Shown piece after piece: positions 16,699-28,960 of a DNA stretch of 64,000 bases (position 1 is its first letter; every line of letters begins with the position of its first letter). A program made the translations under genes and the position numbers. Source of the stretch: the human T2T-CHM13v2.0 reference genome, Homo sapiens. The stretch is taken from the NCBI RefSeq assembly GCF_009914755.1, contig NC_060925.1, one strand, 5' to 3'. The notes beneath the pieces were generated by a model. The model ran no database searches. It was given only the letters and a program-made list of their open reading frames with translations, and had not been told where the DNA came from.

Positions 16699-19384
16699 TT
16701 ACTTATTTATTAATTTTTGTGCTTGGGAGAGATCTGGGGGAAGGATGGAGAAAGAATGAATGAGAACAGGCAGGGCTTCACTTAAAAGCATGAAACCTGT
16801 GTTGCTTATATAAGCATTAAAAAAAAGAACAAGTTCCAACATAAAAGTAACAAACTGCCCACATTGGGACACAGGTTAGCCACAGTGCCTAAAATCCACT
16901 GGTTCTTGGAAAAGCTGAGGTGTCACCAAGGCATCAGATGATACCTTGCTCGGTCAGGGCTACGTATTGGCAGCTGGCCTCTTGACATTCAGACATTTGT
17001 TGCAGACTCAGAATCAAGGTGACAGTGTCAGACACAGGAAAAAATAGAGTATCAATACTGGTATCATTTTTCCAGGAGAGAAGGGAAGAAGGCACCTGGC
17101 ATTCTTTCATACAACTCTAAGTACTGCTTTGTCCCCAGTTTATAGGCTGCAGCTGACTCCCGAAGGAGGGAAAATAGAACAAATGATTTCAAATCATCCC
17201 GTGGCTTCTGGTTTTCCAGTCCAGTGCTGCTCTGTGGTTTGAAATGTAGGGTGGGCAGAGCTCTCTTTCTGAGAAGATGCCTGAGGAAATTGTGCCCAGG
17301 CCCAGTGGAAACTTTTGTCCATTCACTGCTCATTCCAGAGCCTTGGCTCCTATAGGATCTGGATACAGACATGAGATCATGGTTTAGGTCCTGTAGCCAC
17401 ATCTGGAGCCACCAGTCTGTGAGCAGAAGTTGCTAAGATCTCAGGCCTGATCTCTGGATGGACAGGGACTTTGCTGCTTCTGCCACAGTGGACTCACTGC
17501 TAATGCTGCCCAGCCACCATTTGAATCTGTACCCAGCGAGTGTGAGTGGAACAGTGCAAATGCTTGGAAATTAGCAAACGCTCTCCTCCTTGCTAGAAGA
17601 CTGGAACTTTAAAGTTACTTCAATATGTGGAAAACAACACGTTAGCTAAAGAAAGAAATTGCAGAGTTTTTTGTTTTGTTTTGTTTTAATCTGACGCCCC
17701 TCACACCCATGGATATTAGGGCTAATTGTATACAAAGTAATATTTAGTCATTCTGGGGACTGGCTGTTTGGTTGAATAAGGGAGAGGAAGGTTCCTGAAT
17801 TTAGGTCCCGTGTCTATTTTATCTTGTTATTGTGCATGAGCTTGGTCCCACAAAAGCTAAAGGAAGTTCTTGCTGTGAGAAAGTGATTCATTCTCTGGGG
17901 GTAAATGAACATCTTTGCCTGATGTCCAAGAGGAGATTTTAAAGTGCTTTGCACAGAGCCTGGCATGTAATAAATGCATAGAAAATGGTAGCTACCATTA
18001 TCATCACTCATTTGAGCCTTTGCAAGGCAGATTAAGAGTCAGTTGTCAAAACAAAACAAAATGAGCCTGTGGTCACCCCTGAAAAAGTGATTGAGTGCTG
18101 AGGCTGGGTCAGGACACCATCCTTGATCTTTTCAAGCCTCAGGCGGGTGGGCAGACTTGATGGGATGGCTCTCCAGGAAAAGGGTTCTAGCACGGTGGTG
18201 TGAGAGTCATCTCCAAGGACTTCCTGGACACTCCCTGGGTATCCCACAGAACTAGGAGAATGGGGGGACAGAGTGATACCCAGAATGTGACCATACTAAG
18301 CCCTATCACATAAAACCAAATTTCCATTCTCTTCCATACTTAGCTGTCTTGTATCCTATATGCAATCCTATATTCAACATCACAGAGACTAGAAATAAAA
18401 ATGTTTGTATGTACTTGCTTCTACTGGAGTTTAACCTAGGAGAGACAGACCTCCCTTGTATATCCATTTTCTTGGATCTGAAGGAGAAAGAGATACAGAG
18501 GTGAAATCGGTCCCCTAAGCCTCTAGTTCAAGGTGAGTTGAGCCAGGGTAGATTCCTCAGCCAGCTGAGAACTTGCTGTCCTGGACCAGGTTACTTGGGA
18601 AGTACAGGGAAGGCCCCTGAGTCACCCAGGGCCCAAGCTGCAGATCATTAGCAATATATGCCAAAGAGAGTTAAGGAAGGAGTGACAAGTTTGCCAGTGA
18701 CATTTGTGACATTGATGCATCCCTAGCCACTCATCTCCCTCATTTTCCTTCATAGTTTAATGATATCCACCCTGTCATTTGGGGACAGAATATCTTCTTA
18801 AGTGACTCTGTTGGAAATCCATGATGATACACTTTTTCTAAAACCCAAAGCAGTGCTTTCATTTTCCTGTGGTTAACTGTCAAGGCAGGATGAGATAATA
18901 AGGGAACCAGAGAAAGCCCTGAATTTAAGTATAAAGGTCTGTAACAGTGGCTAGAAATTGGCTACCTCTCTTCTTTGGCGTAAGTAGTATTTTTTTTTTC
19001 CTGACCCAGGGTGTGTGTCCTTCTTTGGGGAAAATGAGGTGACACAGAAACCATCCACCCCTGGGGTCCAAGAGGACCATCAGGATTCAGGGGCCATCCT
19101 CCTCCCTTGGCCAAGGCTTGGATGCCATCTGCCCCTGCAGACAGAAGTATCTGTGCACTTTGGTGTTTCCTAGGAAGGGAATTCTCCAGCTTCTCATGAG
19201 AATTGACTGGGACTTAACCTCTATGTGAGGGAAATGCAATTCATGTCCCCAGTGGATCATCCTTGGCACCACTCAGAGGAAGTAACCCTCTCTTAAAAAC
19301 ACATGGCAGAACGGAGGACATCTGGTGTTTTTTTTGTTTTTGTTTTTGTTTTGTATATACAGGACATATAACAGACAGATGAAG

Positions 19385-19580
19385 AACACAGACGCAGGCA
19401 GTGGACAGACCTGGTGTGTGATCCCAGCTCTGCTGCTTTTTAGCTGTGTGTCCTTTGGCAAATTACTTAACTTCTCTGAGGACCTGTCACAAAGAATGAT
19501 ATCAACTGACTCCCAGGACTTTGAGGATTAAATGAGGATAATTTTTATAGCGTTTGGCACAATGTCCATTATCTAATAAG
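19385..19580 (+). mobile_element. MIR
   Basis: atcccagctctgc...tagctgtgtgtcctttggcaaattacttaacttctctgag...gaggattaaatgag. Confidence 0.7.
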
Positions 19581-21930
19581 CACACATACACAGACACACA
19601 CAAATCCAGTGGCTATTACTACTTACTTCACAAAATATTACTTTGGCAGGACTGTGCTATGAGGCTGGTGATACAGAGGGGATCAACACAGTCATGGCCC
19701 TCTCTGTCATCTCTGAGCTCACAAGGATACCTGGGCTAGAAACACGCATACAGATTTGGCAACTGTCAACATTTGGCTGGAAATTAAAGCCACAGGGGTA
19801 GATGCAGATACCAAGAGAGAACACAGCAGAAGCATAGAGCCCTGCAACATCTGAAGGCAGAAGTAGGGGGACCATCCATGCAGCCCATGGTCAGTCGTGT
19901 ACTCCTCAAAGAGCCTTTCTGGTAAAAGCAACACAAGGCAGCATTTGTTCCTGAGTCTAATGTATCCCTCCCTCCCACCTTCCCACACCACCCAACACCC
20001 CTTCTGCAGTCAGAATTAAAGACATGACCAGCCTCTGTAAGACAATGATTCTTGGGGACAACTGGTTTCCTGTGGTTCCTGCATACACATTTCCTGCATG
20101 TAAATGCCCTTCGCTTCATGCATCCCTGCAGAATTTACCCAACTTTCCATGGGAAAATACCCCTCAGCAGAATAATCCTCCCTATTTGGAAATGTATCAT
20201 CCTGCGTTTTGCTCAGAAAAATCTTCTGCCCTGTCTGCCCCCTCCCCACCCTCGCGGAGCTCAGCCTGTGGTTTGCTGTGCATACTGAAAGAGTCGATGA
20301 AGTCATCCTTCCCTTCTGCTGTTAAACAAGGAGTCTCTTTCCTGCCACGTGTTGGAGTGAGAGCCAGCAGGCTTCTCTTCTTGCTCATTACACTTGACAG
20401 AATGTTAGGTTGAGGATTTCCCTTGCTCTCATCTTCTTTCGAACAATCAACCTACCCAGGAAAATCTGAGCGCAACTTGTGGAATCTGAGAGGCAGTAAT
20501 TAATGAGGACATCTTGTTACAAATCAGAAGGACAGGCAACACCAAGGGCTCCAACAGGGACTTGTGGGAGTTCTCATATTCCAGGCTACAAAAACAAATG
20601 CTGTAGACCTGGGCTCTGGGCAGCCTTACTGTGGTTGATGGCAAGAGTCCACGGCTTTTTTTTTTTTTTTTTTTTTTTTGCTTTCGTTGAGAACTTCTTC
20701 AGAAAACCATCTGCACTTCATTTATGTCTCAGGCTGGGGGTGGGGGGTCGGATGGAAAGCACGGGCAGAGAAGTCTGCTTTTTCAGCCCTATTTTTGCCC
20801 AGGAAGAAGATTTTTGGACAGTGGAAACTCATGTGCTGCCATGAACACAGTAGGTGCTTTAGAGATCAATATGCGTTGTTACTGGTGAACGGCAGAAGTG
20901 TATAGGGATTAGTGGCTCCATTGCTGGACACTGTGCATCTGGGATTGCATCTGTGGCCGTGTGCTCATCAATTGCATAATCAGTTGCTCAATGCCACTGA
21001 GCCTCAGTTCCTATCCTGGGGATCAAGTGGAGAATAGCGTGTGGCTTTTATCTTTGTGATGAACGTCTAAGGATGGCCGTTGTGAAATATCATTATTTTT
21101 ATCCTACACCTGCCTTCCAACTCATTTTCCTGGCTTCCCACTCCCCCCATCTTCTGACAAAAATCTCAAGCAGATTCCAGAGCTTTTCTGGTGGCTTTTG
21201 GTCTTAGAAGAGAATTGCTTTTGTGAAAGCAAGTCCATTTCAGTATTGAGCCTCAGTCTCTCATCCAGGCCACATCTTTTCTTCTTTCTCAGCTCAGACC
21301 TGATGCTGGAACCTGCAGAGAAGCTGGAGGGAAGGGGCTTGGGGCTTTCCTCCCTCCACTTCTCTCTCCTTAACATGCATGGCTGCTTCTGGCTTCACCA
21401 GTTTGCTGCTGCCTGGGGCGAGGTGAGGGTTAGAAAAGAAGGGAGAGGGCACTTTTACTTTACTGGGGCTGTTGTGGTTCCCTCTGTTGGATGCCCTTGT
21501 TATGGTGAATGCTTCCAGTGCTGGGCCACCCCTCCTTTGTGGGGAGCTTCTGTGGGATCTTTAGATATTCCCCTTCCCACCCACTGGGCATGTCCTGCTG
21601 CAGTCGCCCCCTTGGGGTGGCACACTCCTGCTGAACGGTGGACCTGCACCTCAGCTCGGGCCCTGAACTGCCCTCTTGGTAGCTCTAACATGCCTCATTT
21701 CTGTGACATCAACTTGGCCTCGCCAAAGTCTGAGTTTCAGTCCTCTCACACTGCAGCCCCCTTCCTCTCTCTGCCATGCAGCCTGTTCCAGCCAAGCTTC
21801 CACCTGTGAATTCCTCCGGGCCAGAATCAGGCACCAGTCTCTTTGCCTGCCACCCCCACTAATTCACCGTGACCCCACCCCCAACCCCCAAACCTCCAGT
21901 GGCACACTGTCTTTGAAATGTGTGGGCACG

Positions 21931-22239
21931 GCCAGGTGTAGTGGCTCATGGCTGTAATCCTAGCACTTTGGGGAGCTGAGGTGGACAGGCTGCTTGAACC
22001 CAGGAATTCGAGACCAGGTTGGGCAAGATGGTGAAACCCCATCTCCACAAAAAAAATACAAAAATTAGCCAGGCACTGTGACATATACCTGTAGTCCCGG
22101 CTACTCAGGAGGCTGAGGTGGGAGGATCACTGGAGCCCAGGAGGTGGACATTGCAGTGAGCCGTGATTGTGCCAATGCACTCCAGCCTGGGCGACAGAAT
22201 GGGATCCTGTCTGAAAAAAAAAAAAAAAAAAAAAAAAAG
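21931..22239 (+). mobile_element. AluJ
   Basis: Full dimer with poly-A; flanks gaaatgtgtgggcac / gaagtgtgcaggcac resemble a decayed TSD. Confidence 0.9.
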
Positions 22240-22589
22240 AAGTGTGCAGGCACTTATTACCCATGGTCCAAGTCACAAGACAACAAGAAGTGTCCCATTG
22301 ACTATTCCATTCCATCTGCCGGGTGTTGAGTCCAGTGCCTGAAATGCAGTCAGTTCTCAGAAGAAGTGAGCTTTTATTATTATCAACAATACATGCTTTT
22401 GGTGATAGGAAGAGCCATGAAGGAGTGGGAGGGCAAAGGGGTAACACAAAGAAAAACCCTTCATAGGTACCATTCTGCTTAATTCACAGTGGTGTCACAT
22501 CCCTTGGGTACAACATGTATAATGGATGAAAGCATTGCATAGGGACATGTATCTAACTGCGCTCATTTGTCATTTGTATCAGAATGTCA

Positions 22590-22820
22590 TATTGGCACAG
22601 AGCAAGCATAGGCTTGCAATCAGATGGGTCTGCGTTTGAATCCTGGCTCTGCCACTTCGTTGTTGGGCAACCCTGGCAAATGACTTTACCTCTCAGATCT
22701 GGTTTCCTTACCTTTTGAGTGAGGAGAGGAACACTGACCTTACATGGCAGCTCTGGGGATTAATTACGAGGAATAATGCACCCAGCCAATGCCTAGTGCG
22801 TAGCAGCAACTCAGTAAATA
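22590..22820 (+). mobile_element. MIR
   Basis: tttgaatcctggctctgccact...ggcaaatgactt.acctctc core. Confidence 0.7.
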
Positions 22821-23029
22821 ACATTTAGCATTTCATGCTATTGTGATTCTTCTTCTTCTTTTATTCTTCCAGGGCTCTTCACCCCCTGTTTCCTCAACTT
22901 CCTGATACTAAATGAATGATGACTATTAAAATTAAACATTTTACATATTACTAGAATTTGGCTTAGTGGCTAGAAATATTTCTTCCTTTTATAATCAATA
23001 TAGTTGAAAGATGCCTTTCAACCTAGGCG

Positions 23030-23397
<368 letters not shown>

Positions 23398-24474
23398 TAA
23401 ACCTCAAAATTTTGACTAATCCTTGCTCACATACCAGACATAGTGCTCACTGCTGTTCACATCTAAGAGGGGTGACGCGCTGTCATTCCCACGTTACAGA
23501 CAAGGAGGCGGAGGCTCAGGATGAGGAGCATTTTTAGGGATGCACATCCTACAGCCTGTCTGAGGTGCCTTTCCACCATATCCCAACTGCCTCTCACCAC
23601 GGGCAGGGAGAGCCTGTGCTCAAGCAAAACACAGACCACAGGAGAGGACTGTGTTTCCTGACTTCAAATTTTGGCATAAATAATTGCAGGTCTTGGGTTA
23701 GTTACAGAAACCCATTGTCAAGAGACAGCTCTGCAGATCACTTTCTAGATAACTGCTGCTATGCAAGCCCAACTGGGATGTATCTTGTGACTGAGGTTCC
23801 TGTGAGCAAAATGTGAGGTGAAAGCTGGGTCTCTTGTGGTCTGTCCTGCCTCAGCTTGTTAGTGTGCAAAGAATGGGCCGTCCTAGATGGGGGTTGGGGG
23901 CACAAGGGGAAATGGCTGGAGAGAGTAATTCTGCTCATTGACAGTGGTGAAGACACCACCTCCTGGTGAAGGAGGAGGAAAAACCTAACCACCTGCCCCA
24001 TCTCAGGTCGCCTGGCTTGACTGACAAACCAGGCCACCCATGCACGGATGGATTTGAGAAACAGTGACCAAACCTCTCCGCATGTGTGACAGTGCTCCTG
24101 CCACAGGAGGGCCCCAAGATGAATCAGCCCAGTCCTGTCCTTAACAGGCTCACGGCCTAAGACAAGCTGCATACAAGAGTAACTGTAACACCAGGTCAAC
24201 GCTCAAGAGACCAGCAGTGAGGGACAGGTCCATTTCTCTGAATGCTTAGCAGAAGTGAAGCTAGTCTCCAGCTGGGTAAGGCAGGGGGACAGGAGAGAAG
24301 ACTTTGTGGAGCAGGTAATTTTATTAGAAATTCTTATGTTTTACTGGTTCACAAGTGAGTTTCGTGAGCAGGATGCTGGCCCTGCAGTCAGTGGACTTGG
24401 GTCTGAGTACAGGTTCTGCTCTTCCTGGCCGTGGGACTCAGGACAACTTGCTCAGCTTTCTCATCTGTGCAAAG

Positions 24475-24740
24475 CAGCATGGCATTGTGGGGATGAGCAT
24501 GGACTCTGGGGTCAGATTGCCTGGGTTCAAATCCTGCCACTCTGAGCTGGGTGCTGGTTGGCAAGTCATTTAAAGTAGTAGTGCTTCAGTTTCCATATCT
24601 ATAAGATGGGGGTCATCATAGTATATTCCAACAAACAATTGTGAGAATGGAATGAGTTAATAAATGTGAAACACTTAGAACATTTAGAATAGTGCCTGTC
24701 ACATAGCAAGTGCTCTATGTGCAGCTCATATTGTTGATGT
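24475..24740 (+). mobile_element. MIR
   Basis: ggactctggggtcagattgcctgggttcaaatcctg...cttcagtttccatatctataagatgggg. Confidence 0.75.
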
Positions 24741-25147
24741 TGTTAAAAGGGAGGATAATATTAGCGTTGCTGTAAAGATCCAGAATTAGGGGGATCAAAG
24801 CGTGGCACACAATAGGCTGTCAACACAAGAGAGCTGCTCTTCTTATTATTAATAAGTGCAGGTGAGCCTAGAATGAGAGGTGAAGAGAAGGGCATCCTGG
24901 GCAGTGTGAACAGTAAGCAAAGAGAGGAGGCAGGAATATGCAATCTGTGAGGCAGGAACAGAAAGTAATTTGGTTCGGATCCTTGGGAGAAATAGAATGA
25001 GTTCTTTCTGCTGGTTTCCCAGCTTCCTTGGGCTCTTAGAATCTGGTAAAAAAAAAGCCAGCTTCCCTCAGCACATCTCCGTGGCTTTCTTTTGCAATGT
25101 TTCTGAATACAGGCATCCTGGAGGGTCTGCTCCCTGTCTTTCCAAGG

Positions 25148-25556
25148 ATGAGTCTCCAGGAGATGTTCCGCTTCCCTATGGGGCTCCTGCTTGGCTCTGT
25201 GCTCCTGGTGGCTTCGGCCCCAGCCACTCTGGAGCCTCCCGGCTGCAGCAACAAGGAGCAACAGGTCACTGTCAGCCACACCTACAAGATCGATGTGCCC
25301 AAGTCTGCCTTGGTTCAGGTTGACGCTGACCCTCAGCCCCTCAGTGACGATGGGGCTTCGCTCTTGGCCCTGGGGGAGGCCAGGGAGGAACAGAACATCA
25401 TCTTCAGGCACAACATCCGCCTTCAGACGCCACAGAAGGACTGCGAGTTGGCAGGCAGTGTCCAGGACCTCCTGGCCCGGGTGAAGAAGCTGGAGGAAGA
25501 GATGGTGGAGATGAAGGAACAGTGTAGTGCCCAGCGCTGCTGCCAGGGAGTCACTG
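25148..25556 (+). CDS. TNN: TNN exon 2 coding part (exon starts 25113): signal peptide, N-terminal assembly region, heptad repeats
   Basis: Acceptor tacag|GCATCC at 25112/25113; ATG at 25148 (aggATG, A at -3); hydrophobic signal LLLGSVLLVASA; VQDLLARVKKLEEEMVEMKEQC heptads; donor ACTG|gtgagc (phase 1). 409 nt. Confidence 0.96.
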
Positions 25557-25874
25557 GTGAGCTCACCACCTGGTATTCATTCAACAAACATTTGATGAGC
25601 ACCTATTATGTGCCAGGGTTTCCACTAGCCTCATGAGCACTTTGTGACTCTGGTGTGCTCCTACTTCTCATTCTGGGTTTTCTCTAGGGGGCCCATCCCT
25701 GCTATTTATTCATTTATTCACTGGTACTAGCTCCAGGGGGCATCTGGAAGCTGAGCAGGGAGGGACCAGCAGCTCTTGCAGAGAGTCTAGACTCCTGGCC
25801 TATTGCTTCCAGATGGGAATGCTTCCAGGAGCCGTCATACCTGTGAATCAAAGCGCTACTCAGAGAGGAAGCAA

Positions 25875-26085
25875 TGGGATACACAGGAAAGATAGGGCCT
25901 TGGAGCTAGACAAGACAGGTTACAAATCCCAGTTCTACCACTTTTTAGCTGTGTGACTTTGGGTAAATCCCTTATGTTTCCTCAACTGTCCAACAGGGAT
26001 GATTCTATCAGCTAGTATAGTTCTGAGAACTAGAGATGATGTGTAGAAGATTCCTGGCCCTTAGAGGAATTTACAAATCAGTAAA
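25875..26085 (+). mobile_element. MIR
   Basis: aaatcccagttctaccactttttagctgtgtgactttgggtaaat core. Confidence 0.65.
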
Positions 26086-27061
26086 TTATAATTATTTTAT
26101 TAGTAAAAATTACAATTATAATTGTAAAATAATTACAATTTAATTTTACAAATAATGAAGGTTCTCCCCCAACGCAACCCCGTCACTTTTAAACATAAAC
26201 TGCCCAGGCTGATCCAATGATAATGAACAGTACTTTGGCATAGGATTTCATGCCTGAAGGAATTGCTATGGTAAAGAGCACCTTAACCATCAGATCCAGA
26301 TACAGAACTCGGCACCAGGGACACTGCCATGAATAACCAGCATGGACTTGCTTCTGAGGAGCTCCCACTTTGGAAGCGTTTTTACGAAGGAAAGAAGGTG
26401 TTCTGAAAAGCAGAAGCTGGGCCACAGAGGAGACTGCACTAACCAGTCTGCCCTCCAGCTGCCTCTTGCTGTGTAGGGTCAGAGAGGGGAGCCTGGTTAA
26501 ATCCCTTCTCCACTGTACCCATAGTTGAGAGTAGGCTATTTTGTAGCTTCTGCAGTTCCGTTTTTTCCAGACTTCAATCTGGGCTCATTTCACAAGGTCC
26601 CAGCCTTGCTAGTTCCAGCAAACTCCAACCTCCCTGGATCTCACTTTCCCCCCAGGAGTCCTGCCCTGCAGTGTCAGCTGGCCAGGGTGGAGCATTTAAG
26701 GCCCCTCCATAGGAAGGCACTAAATAATGACCACCAGGTAGAGAGGAAGGAACCGGGGAATTCACACGGGAAGGGAAAGGAAAGAAGGGTGGGTCCTGCA
26801 GCCTTTTCAGGCAGAGAAAGAAGGAGACGTTTGCAGATGTCACAGATTAGAAAGCCTGGCCCAGGCTGGAAAGGGCCAACACCTTTTCTCCCTTGTGGAG
26901 CTCCACCATCCTCCAAAAAATAGCCGTGCAAGACCCAGAAATCACCAGACCCTTAAGAGTGGGGCTAATGATTTCTGGGTCTTGCATGGCTGATCTCAGA
27001 GGAAGGAGATCCCCACGCACAACCCTTCAACCCAACCTACTGTTTCTCCTCTCCCTCCCAG

Positions 27062-27436
27062 ATCTAAGCCGCCACTGCAGCGGCCACGGGACCTTCTCCC
27101 TGGAGACCTGCAGCTGCCACTGCGAAGAGGGCAGGGAGGGCCCCGCCTGCGAGCGGCTGGCCTGCCCCGGGGCGTGCAGCGGCCACGGGCGTTGCGTGGA
27201 CGGGCGCTGCCTGTGCCATGAGCCCTACGTGGGTGCCGACTGCGGCTACCCGGCCTGCCCTGAGAACTGCAGCGGACACGGCGAGTGCGTGCGCGGCGTG
27301 TGCCAGTGCCACGAAGACTTCATGTCGGAGGACTGCAGCGAGAAGCGCTGTCCCGGCGACTGCAGCGGCCACGGCTTCTGTGACACGGGCGAGTGCTACT
27401 GCGAGGAGGGCTTCACAGGCCTGGACTGTGCCCAGG
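27062..27436 (+). CDS. TNN: TNN exon 3: 3.5 tenascin-type EGF-like repeats
   Basis: Polypyrimidine tract plus ccag|ATCTAAGC; repeated CSGHG..C...C.C.....G.DC motifs; donor CAGG|gtgaga. 375 nt, phase 1-1. Confidence 0.97.
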
Positions 27437-27554
27437 GTGAGAGCGGAGATGTGCCCTCGGGCCGCCGGACTCTTCTTTCCAATGCACCATTTAACCCTCA
27501 ATTACACGTTGTCATCTTTGGGGGTCTCTTCCTTTAGCCTACGCCAGATTGCTG

Positions 27555-27670
27555 AGTCCCAACCCCAGAGTTTCTGATTCTGCGATGGGGCCTAAGAATT
27601 TGCATTTCTAACAAGTTCCCAGGTGATGCTGATGCTGCTGGTTAGAGGCCCTAACCTTGAGGACCACTGG
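27555..27670. mobile_element. MER5A fragment
   Basis: ccccagagtttctgattc...aagaatttgcatttctaacaagttcccaggtgatgctgatgctgctgg...gaccactg. Confidence 0.75.
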
Positions 27671-27891
27671 TCTTGTGATCTAATGGCTGTGTGTGAGTGT
27701 GTGTGTGTGTGTGGTGAGGGGGTCAGTATTAATTACCTGTCGTTCGGATAATAACTTCTAGGGGTCGGGAATGGCGCCTTACACAGGTCTGCATCCTGCA
27801 CACCCACCCTTATAGTGCTCAGGGAATACTCACTGGGTCTGGATCGCCTCCCTTGCTCACCCTCTCTGCCCTGTTCCTGTTCTGCCTGCAG

Positions 27892-28155
27892 TGGTCACCC
27901 CACAGGGCCTGCAGCTGCTCAAGAACACGGAGGATTCTCTGCTGGTGAGCTGGGAGCCCTCCAGCCAGGTGGATCACTACCTCCTCAGCTACTACCCCCT
28001 GGGGAAGGAGCTCTCTGGGAAGCAGATCCAAGTGCCCAAGGAGCAGCACAGCTATGAGATTCTTGGTTTGCTGCCTGGAACCAAGTACATAGTCACCCTG
28101 CGTAACGTCAAGAATGAAGTTTCTAGCAGCCCACAGCATCTACTTGCCACCACAG
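27892..28155 (+). CDS. TNN: TNN exon 4: FN3 domain 1
   Basis: tgcag|TGGTC acceptor; VTPQGLQ...LLVSWEP...GLLPGTKYIVTL FN3 signature; ACAG|gtgagg donor. 264 nt. Confidence 0.96.
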
Positions 28156-28521
28156 GTGAGGAAGCCACCTGATGCCCCAGGGTTCCCAGGAGAGGCCCCA
28201 TTCTAAATGGTTTCTTTCATTAAACACCTGTAGGCAGTTGCCTTGATTAGGGGTTTGAAAAACACACCTGCCACAATCCTAGGTTCTGAAGAGTCCCAGT
28301 TCTCTCTCTTCTTTCCTTGCTCCCTGATTACTGGGTTCTCCAAGCCCATGAAGACCTGCTAGATGGGGGCTCATGGGGTCTTCTCTGTCCCTGAGATTAT
28401 TTGGGTCTGCACCTTCTCATAAGCAGTCAAAGTGTAGACATGAATCCCCAGTCTCTTACTGAACCCCCAAAGCCATTCAGAAAGTTCAGATAGGTATGGG
28501 TGAGAGGCTGCTGAAGCCACC

Positions 28522-28960
28522 TGTATCAGTTAGATTCATCTTCGTGGGAAAGACAGGACACAAATGGGGTAAATGAAATTTCAAAGTTTAACTAACAGAT
28601 TGTTCACAAAGGTGTGGGTAGGGGTTGGATGGTGACACACTAAGACCTGCATCAATAAGGATACTCTCCTGCCTGAAGGGGCAAGGGATAGATGTTGGTA
28701 CTTGGACCCAGAGAGAGCTGTAGAAAAGAGCTGCCTGGTAGGGTTGTTTTGGTAGAGGGATGCAGGCAGTCCACCGTGTCTCCAAAGAATTCTGTCTCCT
28801 GCCCTCTGATCTGCTGGTGATTCCTGCTAGCTGAACCTGGAAGCCAAAGGGTCAGGTAAACAGGCAGACTCAATTCACAGAGATCACAGCCTGGGGTACA
28901 GAACAAGATGGAGGATGGTGGAGGCTTGATCTGGAGAAACAGAATCTCCTGTGCACCAGC
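28522..28960 (-). mobile_element. ERVL-type LTR remnant (LTR33-like)
   Basis: Starts tgtatcagttag..., contains ttcacaaaggtgtgggtaggg and ends ...gatctggagaaacaga. Family from recall. Confidence 0.4.

Noticed and set aside
21198-21809. 203-aa plus-strand ORF in intron 1
   Set aside because: Non-ATG start, no recognisable domain, low-complexity composition; expected by chance.
24761-25411. 216-aa minus-strand ORF
   Set aside because: Antisense shadow of TNN exon 2 plus intron; no domain or splice support.
27064-27501. 145-aa Ala/Val-rich minus-strand ORF
   Set aside because: Shadow of the GC-rich EGF exon 3.
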